Source: a virus
Taxonomy: Duplodnaviria; Caudoviricetes
Direction: 5' to 3' (one strand)
IMG/VR virus record: IMGVR_UViG_3300040971_000374
Location: 1-36,667 of that record
DNA length: 36,667 nucleotides
Below are positions 8,503-17,843 of the stretch, in pieces. Below the pieces are notes generated by a model. That model was not told the DNA's origin and made no database searches. It worked only from the letters and a program-made list of their open reading frames with translations. Position 1 is the first letter of the stretch, and every line of letters begins with the position of its first letter. Position numbers and translations under genes: made by a program.

Positions 8503-10035
8503 ATGAAGTTTATTGAATTATTTGCTGGTTGCGGAGGCATGTCTCTGGGACTGGAGAAAGCAGGTTTTGAACTTGTTTTTGCTAACGAGTTGTCACCCAT
8601 GGCAGCCGAAACATATGTATTTAATTTGTTGAAAGATGAGTTAAGTACAGGAAAAGCAAATCATACTTTGTGGCTAAAGTCAAGTTTTCCCCGACAACAC
8701 ATCTCTGAAAGATTGAACGAGCTTCCATCGGTAGCCAAGGAGGGAAGCTACACGGATATGAAACTAATGAATATATTTCCCAATAAAATGATTATTGGCG
8801 ATGTCTTAATGCTTGAGAAATACCTTTTGGAGGATAAAACAAGAGGAATTTCGATAGAAAATGTGGATTTGTTAGCTGGAGGGCCTCCATGCCAGAGCTT
8901 TAGCTTGGCTGGGAAAAGAAATTTGTATGATCAAAGGAATGAATTACCATTTGTCTTCGCTAGAATCGCTAGTATAGTACAGCCAAAGGTTGTTTTATTG
9001 GAAAATGTGCAAGGTATTACTTCTAGTTTTCTCAGCAAGGACAACGTCAGGCATCATGCTTGGGTTGAAATTTCTAAGGAGTTTGCTCGAAGGGACTTTA
9101 TACCAATTTCTATGGTTATTAATACTAAATACTTTGGCGTACCGCAAAACAGGCCAAGATATGTTATGCTTGCTTTTAGAAAAGACATCTATAGTAAACT
9201 AATCAAGGCCAAAATTCCATTCGCACAATTACTAAACGATTACGGCAGGATCTTTTACAAAACGAAAGATGTCGACAATATACATCCATCACAAGTAACC
9301 ATTATTGATCAGGTTAAAGATATCGAATTGTTTGATGGAATAGCACTACCGAGTACAGATGAAAAACTCGTAACTGCAGAACAGGCTATCGGAGATCTGG
9401 TCTCAAGCCCTAATGATGCCATTATAAGTAATTACGTTACTGCTGTTAACAGATTATTCACAACAAACAAGCTTAATCATACGATCATCACAAACCATGA
9501 ATTTAGGAAACATGGAATGGTTGTTAGAAGACGTTATCGTCTTTATCAAGTGTCTTCAGGACTGACAAATGGTTTGAAGAAGGAACTCAACACAATCATC
9601 AATGGTGAGACATCCATTTCCAAGGAGTTAACTAGTTACTTACTTGAACAGCGGTTGTATTTTATAGATGATTACCATCCTTGCTTAAGGAAGCCACGGG
9701 ACGTTGAAGAGTTATTATCCCATTTACACAGCTTACCTACACGAAAGAGAACTCAGCGAGCTATGTCAGGTGGATTACCAGCACCTGCCCAGTTAACAAT
9801 TCCTGATGATATTTGTCACTATTGCGAGCATGAGATAAGGACACTAACTGTTAGAGAAATGGCTAGGCTCCAATCATTCCCAGACAGTTTTGTTTTCAAG
9901 TCAAAAACAACTTCTGGAGGAAAGTTAAGAAGGCAAGAAACTCCTCAATATACGCAGGTTGGTAATGCTGTTCCCCCTTTGTTGGCATATAGATTTGGAC
10001 TATTCATTAAGGGTGTTCTGGAAGCAGTCTTGTAG
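8503..10035 (+). CDS. DNA (cytosine-5) methyltransferase
   Basis: FIELFAGCGG (motif I), GGPPCQSFS (IV), ENV (VI), QNRPR (VIII), RLQSFPD and QVGNAVPP; GAGGT RBS before ATG 8503; AT-rich. Confidence 0.95.
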   Translation: MKFIELFAGCGGMSLGLEKAGFELVFANELSPMAAETYVFNLLKDELSTGKANHTLWLKSSFPRQHISERLNELPSVAKEGSYTDMKLMNIFPNKMIIGDVLMLEKYLLEDKTRGISIENVDLLAGGPPCQSFSLAGKRNLYDQRNELPFVFARIASIVQPKVVLLENVQGITSSFLSKDNVRHHAWVEISKEFARRDFIPISMVINTKYFGVPQNRPRYVMLAFRKDIYSKLIKAKIPFAQLLNDYGRIFYKTKDVDNIHPSQVTIIDQVKDIELFDGIALPSTDEKLVTAEQAIGDLVSSPNDAIISNYVTAVNRLFTTNKLNHTIITNHEFRKHGMVVRRRYRLYQVSSGLTNGLKKELNTIINGETSISKELTSYLLEQRLYFIDDYHPCLRKPRDVEELLSHLHSLPTRKRTQRAMSGGLPAPAQLTIPDDICHYCEHEIRTLTVREMARLQSFPDSFVFKSKTTSGGKLRRQETPQYTQVGNAVPPLLAYRFGLFIKGVLEAVL

Positions 10036-10660
10036 TACCATCCCCCACCAAATCAACCGTGGTTAACCTACTTAATGCTACACCCACATACACAGAATCA
10101 ATGCCTTTCCTAACTCTACTTCTTTCAACAGCACTTTTCTTTATAGCGTCACGTAAGTCCTGAAATGTCCCATTAGTGACAGAAACCTCAACTATGGCAT
10201 TAATCAGTATATCTGCGTACATGTTAAGCACAAAAACTTGTTCATCAGGAACATTGCATGGAGTAGAAGCCATGTAAAAATCCTCTTGAAATCCAAGAAA
10301 TACCTTGGATTGATTCATAGATGTTCTAAAAATAGATCTGGTAAAAAGGGTCCAGCAGGAAATTGCAATGATACACCTGTTCTTGATAATATCTATATTA
10401 TTTTTATCGATCAAAAACTTCCTTAAGCCGAAGTCATAGTATAATCCATCTTTGCAGCCATGAGTACATAAGACAATTGTTTCATTGCTTGATATATAAT
10501 CAACCGAATATTTTATACCACTTTGAACATCTGACATGTAGTAACTGACATTGGGTTTCGGAAAACAAGTAGAAAACTGATAGTGTAAATCTTCTATTAC
10601 TTTACTAAAATCACATATGTCTGCGTCAACACCATTTCTATAAAAACCAACCGTCTGCAT
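10007..10660 (-). CDS. Caspase/CHAT/gingipain-fold (clan CD) cysteine protease-like protein
   Basis: Strand-His-Gly (TIVLCTH67G) and strand-Cys (CIIAISC102WT) followed by VFLGF match the clan CD dyad layout; last gene of the minus-strand operon. Confidence 0.6.
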   Translation of the reverse strand: MQTVGFYRNGVDADICDFSKVIEDLHYQFSTCFPKPNVSYYMSDVQSGIKYSVDYISSNETIVLCTHGCKDGLYYDFGLRKFLIDKNNIDIIKNRCIIAISCWTLFTRSIFRTSMNQSKVFLGFQEDFYMASTPCNVPDEQVFVLNMYADILINAIVEVSVTNGTFQDLRDAIKKSAVERSRVRKGIDSVYVGVALSRLTTVDLVGDGTTRLLPEHP

Positions 10661-10668
10661 CTTTCATC

Positions 10669-11331
10669 CTACGCTTCTGGTTCAGTATATTGAGCAATCA
10701 TCATCCTAGTAAGTGATGCGACAAAGTCCTGGCCAACATCCGATTGAGCCCTTATCTGCATGATCAGTTCACTTGTCGAATAAAAAACACCAGAGATGTA
10801 AATTTTTTGCTGAGAATTCTGATATGTGTGAAGGATACTAACAAGATTCAAAGTTATCGGATCAATCTCCTGGATGCATTTACAGATTATTTCCGATACA
10901 TGCTCTTCATTGCGAGGGCAAATCCCATTTACTCGGTATTCGTTAATCCAACGTAACAATAGCGATCCGTGAATTTGGATATCTAAGCCCTTAAGCTTGT
11001 CTTCGTCAACAAGACTTGAAAACAAGATAATCTTAGATAGTCTATTCATTTTTCTGTAATTTGTTAAAGACTCAAGTAACGAAGAACACTCAGTATCATT
11101 GTCGCTCGATTCCAGCAAAATATCGAATAGAATCAAATCATACTCAGGGTTCTGTGATAAGTAATCATTGAGGACATCAACGCTTTTGAACTGATGGAAA
11201 ACAAATTCTACAAAACAAGATTTCTTCTCAAGAATGCGTGTTAACACTTTAATGTTAATAGGAGGTTTATTTAAACCAATATCGGTATCATCAATGATAA
11301 GAGCTTTGTACTGAACGTCCTGCGGCTTCAT
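10669..11331 (-). CDS. Response regulator receiver-domain protein with small non-HTH C-terminal domain
   Basis: ALIIDD, YDLILFD (phosphoacceptor) and IILFSS; start overlaps the kinase stop. Confidence 0.8.
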   Translation of the reverse strand: MKPQDVQYKALIIDDTDIGLNKPPINIKVLTRILEKKSCFVEFVFHQFKSVDVLNDYLSQNPEYDLILFDILLESSDNDTECSSLLESLTNYRKMNRLSKIILFSSLVDEDKLKGLDIQIHGSLLLRWINEYRVNGICPRNEEHVSEIICKCIQEIDPITLNLVSILHTYQNSQQKIYISGVFYSTSELIMQIRAQSDVGQDFVASLTRMMIAQYTEPEA

Positions 11332-13625
11332 TATGATCTCCTTTTATATTTAAAAGTTAATTTGAATGTTGTTGTGAACCCATTTAAAGGCACATCACAT
11401 AGCTCGATCTTAGCCCCAGCCTTATCAATCAGAGATTTTGTAAATGTTAAGCCAATACCTGAGCCTTGCAGATTTCTGGTTGTAGTTTCTCCGAGAGAAA
11501 AAAGCGTTAACCTGGCATCCCGCGACAATCCTCGACCAGTATCTGAAATCATCAGAACAAAGCTATCATCACTAATTAAATAGTCAAGCGATATAATCTT
11601 TGTTTGTGCTTCAAAAACAGCCTTGCACGCATTGTCGATTAGGTTAGATATAGCAATGTCGAGAGAGTGTCTGTTTATCTGAACATCAATATTGTTAACT
11701 GCATCTGACAAGTTGTTTTGAATCTTTATGTTTTCAAGTCTTAGTTTAGGCAGTACAGCGGCAATAAATTGCTTAATAAAACCATTAACTGGAATGCTTT
11801 CAGACGGCAGCAAAATTGGGTTCACGCTTTTAAGTGCAAAATCTACGAACTTTTGAATTCGATCTATGCCAAAATAAAAATCCTCCCAAACAACCTCGGG
11901 ATTCTCCATCTCGCTCTCAATGACTAATGACTTTAACATGCTGATACTTGTTTTCACTTCATGAAACAGTTTAAAAAGGAGGGTTTCAGAACTAGATAAG
12001 CTCGCCAGCAATTTAATTCTATTATCAATCGATTGAGTCATCTTAGCAAGATTTCTTACAGGTTCCTCGTACTTTTCGTGAAAGTCATCCATCTCCTTTA
12101 TAAGAGTTTCTTTTTGTGGCTGACTTAGTGGCATTTCTTGGATTATTTTTGTTATAGACTCTACATCGTCGTCAAAAGCTCTTTTAAACTCAGAGATCTT
12201 TAGTTTCAGAAGGTCAGTTTCTCCTCGAGACTCATATTCGATACGCTTGAATATGAAACTTTGCAGCTTTTTAAGTACAGTCCAGATAAAGTCATCCCTT
12301 AGTTTGAGAAAAGCCGGATCGTCTTCAATCAACCCCAATCTATTTGTTGAATCTCTTAGGCGAGAATTTTGCCAATCCTGCTTTCTTGATATTTGAACAT
12401 ACCCTAACAAATCTCTTGATCCTAAGGTTCTGAATAATCCCTGAGAGTGTTTCTGGTCAATACGCAACCAATCATTTTCTGGTTCACCGTAGGGTAATAC
12501 CCGGAACGCGTCCCTGTATAAACGTATATTCCCATAGTCCCTTGTTGACACACCCGTAAGTTTTGTGAACTTTCCCTTGTCATTGCTATCAAGATAATAG
12601 GCTCGAAACTTGGCTCGCCCAAACCTCTCATTATCGTTATGGAAAAGAAATTCCCCCGTACCTTTCTCAGCAACCACTCCCTGATAGGTTATTGAGTAAT
12701 TATAAACTCCAGATGCCATGATTTCTGCCTGCACAAATGTCGATAAGTTTGAAAAAACATCATTTTTTATTATATAACTATCACTCGGGGCACTATCAAG
12801 CTCAGATCGATAAATCTCTATATGAATTTGAAAATCAAGATTGTCAACGACGTCAGGGGCAACCATTTTTCTCAAGTTTTTAACTACAATATCATAATCA
12901 TAAAGAGACCATCTTTCTCTAAGATTACTTATAGTGAGCTTTACCCCTGAGGACATCAGACTACTATTTTCTGTTGTATGAAGCTCCAGTTTTATATCTT
13001 CAATCTTCTTTGTATGATCGTTAAAAGCATCCCAATTCACTATGATTGAGCTCAAACGACTCGTATTTAGAGAGCTAACTGCTTTTAATTCGAGTTTTGA
13101 ACCAAGAATATCGACACCAAGTCTTCCGATGCCTTTTTCTCCATTCAGGATTCTTTTAAGATATTGCTGGTTTAAGTCTTGTGGCTTACTATCAATTTTT
13201 TCAACAGCACCATTGCTAACAACATAATCGATTTCGTCGATGTCTTCCTTTATCGCTGTGCCTAGCTGTAGCCAATTATCAAGAATCTCCACATCAGTCA
13301 TTCCGCTTCCATCGTCTTGTATTTCTATCAGTGAATTTGAGTCAGAACATAACGTTTTAGTCGTAGGATTAGCCTTCTTTAATTTGTCCCATGTGCTATC
13401 ATCAGGATTCACGATAAGTTTAAACCCTTTAAACCTAATGTAGACATTCCTTGCACCCGCATCATATGAGTTCTTTATCAGCTCATATAGGGCAACTGTC
13501 TTATTGGTAATCAAGTGCCTGCCTAGTAATTGCTCCACTTTAGCGTTTACAGTAAAGTTAGTTTTCATGTGTTGGTTACTTCCGTTAGTTTCAAGTTCTG
13601 AATGGGTTACGGTTGAATTATTCAT
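11331..13625 (-). CDS. MORC/MutL-like GHKL ATPase fused to a histidine kinase
   Basis: N-terminal ELIKNSYDA, DDGSGM and GEKGIGR; S5-like YRDAFRVLPYG...DSTNRLGL; H-box LFHEVKT; second GHKL NLIDNA, DTGRG and GSGIGL; no obvious TM segment. Confidence 0.9.
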   Translation of the reverse strand: MNNSTVTHSELETNGSNQHMKTNFTVNAKVEQLLGRHLITNKTVALYELIKNSYDAGARNVYIRFKGFKLIVNPDDSTWDKLKKANPTTKTLCSDSNSLIEIQDDGSGMTDVEILDNWLQLGTAIKEDIDEIDYVVSNGAVEKIDSKPQDLNQQYLKRILNGEKGIGRLGVDILGSKLELKAVSSLNTSRLSSIIVNWDAFNDHTKKIEDIKLELHTTENSSLMSSGVKLTISNLRERWSLYDYDIVVKNLRKMVAPDVVDNLDFQIHIEIYRSELDSAPSDSYIIKNDVFSNLSTFVQAEIMASGVYNYSITYQGVVAEKGTGEFLFHNDNERFGRAKFRAYYLDSNDKGKFTKLTGVSTRDYGNIRLYRDAFRVLPYGEPENDWLRIDQKHSQGLFRTLGSRDLLGYVQISRKQDWQNSRLRDSTNRLGLIEDDPAFLKLRDDFIWTVLKKLQSFIFKRIEYESRGETDLLKLKISEFKRAFDDDVESITKIIQEMPLSQPQKETLIKEMDDFHEKYEEPVRNLAKMTQSIDNRIKLLASLSSSETLLFKLFHEVKTSISMLKSLVIESEMENPEVVWEDFYFGIDRIQKFVDFALKSVNPILLPSESIPVNGFIKQFIAAVLPKLRLENIKIQNNLSDAVNNIDVQINRHSLDIAISNLIDNACKAVFEAQTKIISLDYLISDDSFVLMISDTGRGLSRDARLTLFSLGETTTRNLQGSGIGLTFTKSLIDKAGAKIELCDVPLNGFTTTFKLTFKYKRRS

Positions 13626-14058
13626 TTACCAATTTAGACGTATATTCGTTGTTATTGAGGAAGTATAAAACTTTATTTCTCACTATGTCAATGTCATTTA
13701 GTTCACACTCCCAAATGATCAAATATCTCCACCCTAAATCGGTTAGTTCTTTTTGTACTGCAATATCTCTTTGTCTGTTGTACGTAAACTTTTTCGACCA
13801 ATAATCTTTATTTGATTGTGGAAGATGTGCACAACTACAGCCTACATCGTGTTGATGCCAAAAACAACCATGTATGAAAATTGCTTTTTTCATTTTGGTG
13901 AATGCAATATCTGGTTTTCCAGGAATCACCTTCAGGTTAACACGATACCTGAAGCCCATTCTGTGGATCATACTTCGAATAACCAATTCCGGTTTGGTGT
14001 TGCATGACCTATTTGCTTTCATCATTCTGCTACGGATTTCAGGAGTAGTATTATCCAT
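13618..14058 (-). CDS. vsr: Very short patch repair endonuclease
   Basis: RSRMM...NTKPE, GKPDI, FIHGCFWHQH and GWRYLIIWEC. Confidence 0.95.
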   Translation of the reverse strand: MDNTTPEIRSRMMKANRSCNTKPELVIRSMIHRMGFRYRVNLKVIPGKPDIAFTKMKKAIFIHGCFWHQHDVGCSCAHLPQSNKDYWSKKFTYNRQRDIAVQKELTDLGWRYLIIWECELNDIDIVRNKVLYFLNNNEYTSKLVNE

Positions 14059-15133
14059 TTACAACGCAGTACTCCATAAAACAATCTAAAAAATCATCGT
14101 TGATACCTTTAATCCGCCTCCGTTGACAAAGCGAAAAGAGCTCCTCGACTGCACCATATGACATGAATCTTGTATTCATATCCTTATACTGATTTTGGTT
14201 AGCTAACTCTATGACTTTTGATCGCAGAGATTCTTCTCCAACAATTACCCATCTAGTGTCAATTGGAGGAATCTTACTTTTAAACTCCATCATTCTGGAT
14301 AAACCCCTGACTACTCCAGTCGTGTGCTCAATCTCGAATACTGCTGGCATGAATCTCGAGTTTCTGAACCAAATAACGTCAATATATGACGCTGCCCTTT
14401 GTGCGTCATGGTATGCTTGTATTTGCTGAACTTTCTTAAGGTCATTAATAACTCCTTCGATTTCGCACAATTTACTACCCCGGTATTGAATTCCTCGATC
14501 ATTTTGTGCCACCCAAATGGATGAACCCAGTTGGACACCTATAAACAATAATGCTATCTGAATCTGTGCATGCCTTCTTTGGATATCAATATCCAACTCG
14601 GGACTATTTGGAAAAACAGGAATTTCAATAGCGTCGTATACGGCTTCTGCAGTTGGTATTTCAGAAATTACAAAGTCTGTTTTAGCCTCTACTATTACGC
14701 CTTGAGCGTGAGGATTATCTGGTCTGTAGAGAAGGTGCTTATGTCCGCTTACTACTTTAGAACCTGTGCTTGTTTTTTGTATCCTTCCTGGATAGCAATA
14801 GTAAAACTCGGGAGTATATGCTAAAAGAGCTTCAAGTGCTGATCTTGTATTGTAGCTCGCTCCAAGTATCCTGTCAATATTGATAGGGTAGTTTTCCGAA
14901 ACAGCATTAGCTATTCTTAAGAGCATTTGTGATGATATTGATGTTCTGATAGCTTCAATTGTACCCTTGCCCTTGTTAGGGTCGTATCGTTTGATATAGA
15001 TGGGGCCTTCAGGCTGCCTTACTTCATCAATAATGATTTTCGTGGTTGTAGTATTATCGATGTAATTGTAGTGTATATTCTTATCCAACTTGTTGATTGC
15101 ATGTATTATATTGCTAACAGTCACCGACATCAT
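14051..15133 (-). CDS. Putative type II restriction endonuclease (possibly NmeDI-like)
   Basis: Lies between a C5 methylase and vsr; C-terminal IDVIW...FEIEHTT is a PD-(D/E)xK-like core. The NmeDI likeness rests on recalled size and gene set and is unverified. Confidence 0.7.
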   Translation of the reverse strand: MMSVTVSNIIHAINKLDKNIHYNYIDNTTTTKIIIDEVRQPEGPIYIKRYDPNKGKGTIEAIRTSISSQMLLRIANAVSENYPINIDRILGASYNTRSALEALLAYTPEFYYCYPGRIQKTSTGSKVVSGHKHLLYRPDNPHAQGVIVEAKTDFVISEIPTAEAVYDAIEIPVFPNSPELDIDIQRRHAQIQIALLFIGVQLGSSIWVAQNDRGIQYRGSKLCEIEGVINDLKKVQQIQAYHDAQRAASYIDVIWFRNSRFMPAVFEIEHTTGVVRGLSRMMEFKSKIPPIDTRWVIVGEESLRSKVIELANQNQYKDMNTRFMSYGAVEELFSLCQRRRIKGINDDFLDCFMEYCVVNG

Positions 15134-16268
15134 TTTCTCCTAAGTAAGACAAGATTGTTTTAGCTATTCCTAAAGCCAACAGGTATGGAACCCCATTCCC
15201 GATAGATTTAAACATATCGGATAATGACATGTCATTGGGTAAATTGAACTCTGCAGGCAAAGATTGAATAGATAGTGCCTCAGCCACTGATATTCTTCTT
15301 TCAAAATAGGGATGTAGGTGCACTTCATTATTGCCATATGCAGCAGTTGGAGAATATCTCCACCGATGAAGCCGTTTATAAGACTTTTTTGAAACGTCAC
15401 CTTCTGCAATCGTTTTAAACTTTGCTAGTCCAGCTCTTGGCACGAAGCAATGATGAGTGTTTGGATGCTTCAAAACATTGTTTTTCGTAAACCAGTATTC
15501 GACTGCCAGTTCAACATTGATACCAGCTGGGCATGAACTCTTTGAATTTGAATGGAATTCAGTTGTTTGGGGCCAGGGCAATCCACTTATTTCAGATAGA
15601 TTATGCTCCTTGTACTTATCCCACGGAAAATCTGTTAAATATCCATTTTGCTCATGATGCTTACTCAACTTCAGAAAAGATTCATGAAACCCGATTAGGA
15701 TAATTCGTTCCCTGTCCTGCGGGACTCCATACTCAATTGCATTAACTAAGCTTTCTGTGACTCTATACCCATTCTTAATCAGGATTGCCTTAATCTCTTC
15801 GTAGAATTCACGGTGTCTTTTGGTGCGCCACAAGCCTTTGACATTCTCAAACAAAAAACCATCGGGCTTGTATTCTAGGATTATATCTACATATGATTTT
15901 GATAACTTGCCATTATCTCCATTCTTACCGTGGTTTTTTCCACCGACAGAGAAATCTGGACATGGGGGACCCCCAACAAAAAAGACCCTTTGATTTCTGG
16001 ACTTTGAATCACATAGCGCATTTTTCAAAGAGTTTTCCAATCTGTTATCTAAAGCTTCGTCGATGCTAGCGTTCCAATACCCATACATGGGAGCTGAAAG
16101 TTTCATACACTTTCTTGCATATTGATATCCATGTAAGAATGCTCTCTTTATATCACTAACAAACTCTATATTGAATCCTGCATTCTCGAAACCTAGGTCT
16201 AAAAGCCCTATTCCCGAGAAGAACGAATATACATCGATACTTTTTGCAATATTACTAACTTGTAGCAT
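15114..16268 (-). CDS. DNA (cytosine-5) methyltransferase (recalled as RCCGGY-type, Cfr10I/NmeDI-like)
   Basis: SFFSGIGLLDLG, GGPPCPDFS, FENVKG, QDRER and IGNGVP; specificity is inference only. Confidence 0.93.
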   Translation of the reverse strand: MLQVSNIAKSIDVYSFFSGIGLLDLGFENAGFNIEFVSDIKRAFLHGYQYARKCMKLSAPMYGYWNASIDEALDNRLENSLKNALCDSKSRNQRVFFVGGPPCPDFSVGGKNHGKNGDNGKLSKSYVDIILEYKPDGFLFENVKGLWRTKRHREFYEEIKAILIKNGYRVTESLVNAIEYGVPQDRERIILIGFHESFLKLSKHHEQNGYLTDFPWDKYKEHNLSEISGLPWPQTTEFHSNSKSSCPAGINVELAVEYWFTKNNVLKHPNTHHCFVPRAGLAKFKTIAEGDVSKKSYKRLHRWRYSPTAAYGNNEVHLHPYFERRISVAEALSIQSLPAEFNLPNDMSLSDMFKSIGNGVPYLLALGIAKTILSYLGENDVGDC

Positions 16269-16380
16269 AACTACTCGTCTCCATCACAATGTGTTTCTCA
16301 CCGACCATGACAAATCCTGTAAATGTTTCTTCATGGTAATTACTAATGCTTCAAAGGTCAGATTCTGTCAATACTAAAAT

Positions 16381-16421
16381 CTGTCGCAACCTTATGCATC
16401 CATATTTGTGTTTATACAGGG
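16381..16421 (+). promoter_or_regulatory. Putative late promoter, copy 2
   Basis: CTGTCGCAACCTTATGCA-N6-TTTG-N3-TTATACAGGG; same spacing as the copy at 5164. Confidence 0.7.
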
Positions 16422-16428
16422 TAGTGGC

Positions 16429-16469
16429 TTCCTTGCACTGGATAGAGTATCCACTGACATCGCAAGGAG
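16429..16469 (+). promoter_or_regulatory. Hairpin occluding the lysozyme RBS
   Basis: TCCTTGC (16430-16436) pairs with GCAAGGA (16462-16468, the SD); inner stem TGGATA/TATCCA. Confidence 0.55.
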
Positions 16470-16474
16470 ACACA

Positions 16475-16900
16475 ATGGAAGCTAACTTACTGGAACGCAT
16501 GAAAGAACAACTGCTGAGACATGAAGGTCTGAGGCTGAAGCCTTACCGCTGCACAGCTGGTAAATTAACCATCGGGGTTGGTCGCAATCTGGATGATTGC
16601 GGTATCACTCAGAAGGAAGCTTATTTGCTCTTAGAAGGCGATATTCTGCAGTGTGAGAGACAAATTCTGGCTGAGATTCCAAAAATCTATCTTCAGATTG
16701 ATGAGGTACGTAAATCGGTACTGCTGAATATGTGCTTTAACATGGGCATAAAAGGACTACTTAGCTTCAAAAACACCCTTGCGTTCATAGAAGCAGGTGA
16801 CTGGGAACGGGCTGCTAATAACATGCTTGCCTCCAAATGGGCAAAGCAGGTTGGTCGCAGGGCGATTGAGTTACCCGAACTGATGAGAAAAGGCAAGTGA
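16475..16900 (+). CDS. Phage lysozyme (GH24/T4-like endolysin)
   Basis: HEGLRLKPYRCTAGKLTIGVGRNL, NMCFNMG and SKWAKQVGRRA; AAGGAG before ATG 16475. Confidence 0.9.
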   Translation: MEANLLERMKEQLLRHEGLRLKPYRCTAGKLTIGVGRNLDDCGITQKEAYLLLEGDILQCERQILAEIPKIYLQIDEVRKSVLLNMCFNMGIKGLLSFKNTLAFIEAGDWERAANNMLASKWAKQVGRRAIELPELMRKGK

Positions 16901-17355
16901 TACCAATCCCGGTCGAGATAGATGCCATGCTCGATATACTCAATCTTCCTAAGGAGATGGGTGATAACGGCATATTCAAAGAGCATAAGGCTATCGTAAT
17001 GGAGACTATCAGAACCATCGTCTTACCGGAATATTACAATCGTGCTATACAGGATGATATGCCGGAGGAAGAGCCATTTCTGATCTCTTTTCGTTTTGGG
17101 TTCTGTTTCCTGATGCTGCACAGTACTTGTGAGTTTCTCAATTTGAAGACCCTGGGCGAGGGAATAGTGAAGACCGTAGGATTAGACCAGTCTGCTACCG
17201 AACTGCTCACAGGGAGCGAAATTGACGCATTCAAAGCTAACCTTGAACTGAGAGCACTGACCGTACTTCGAGACTATCTCAATTCCACTGGTTTACTTCG
17301 GTTGGATGAGTTGAAACCCCGACCTCCAAGAGTGATCCGGGTGGGAGTGATCTGA
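16897..17355 (+). CDS. Hypothetical virion protein (possible head-tail adaptor)
   Basis: GTGA overlap with the lysozyme; size and position in a coupled late operon. Confidence 0.55.
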   Translation: MIPIPVEIDAMLDILNLPKEMGDNGIFKEHKAIVMETIRTIVLPEYYNRAIQDDMPEEEPFLISFRFGFCFLMLHSTCEFLNLKTLGEGIVKTVGLDQSATELLTGSEIDAFKANLELRALTVLRDYLNSTGLLRLDELKPRPPRVIRVGVI

Positions 17356-17843
17356 TGCCTGATAGCTATACCACACCGGATGAGCTGATGCGGGAGATCT
17401 ACTTGGCTATCTATACTGCTCTGGAGAGCCGTCTGCATTTGATCGGTTCTGTGATCGATGCTGAGTCCCGAAAGGAGATACTGGCACAGCAGATCTACGA
17501 TAAGGGTGACTTTTATGGCAATACCGGTTATCTGGTTGAGACCAGTCCTGATGCCATGATCCTCAGAGTAGGCTCCAACGTCAAACACGAGCCTTTTGTA
17601 TTGGGTGGCAAAGTGCCTTCCTGGACTCCGATCGCTCCACTGATCGCCTGGGTCGAACGCAAGCACCTGTCTTGGACTGATAAAGAGACAGGAAAGCTGC
17701 TGACCGTAGCTGAGATCGCTTATCTCATTAGGGGCAAGATCAAGCGGGAAGGCATCGCTGCCCGTAATGTATTCGCTGAGGTTATTGCTAACCGGGAGCA
17801 GTGGATATACCAACAATTGAGTTCTATCGAGGTAAGTCTATGA
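17355..17843 (+). CDS. Probable neck/tail-completion protein (HK97 gp10-like)
   Basis: VGSNVKHEPFV and PLIAWVERK...IKREGIAAR resemble neck proteins; TGATG coupling. Confidence 0.6.
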   Translation: MPDSYTTPDELMREIYLAIYTALESRLHLIGSVIDAESRKEILAQQIYDKGDFYGNTGYLVETSPDAMILRVGSNVKHEPFVLGGKVPSWTPIAPLIAWVERKHLSWTDKETGKLLTVAEIAYLIRGKIKREGIAARNVFAEVIANREQWIYQQLSSIEVSL

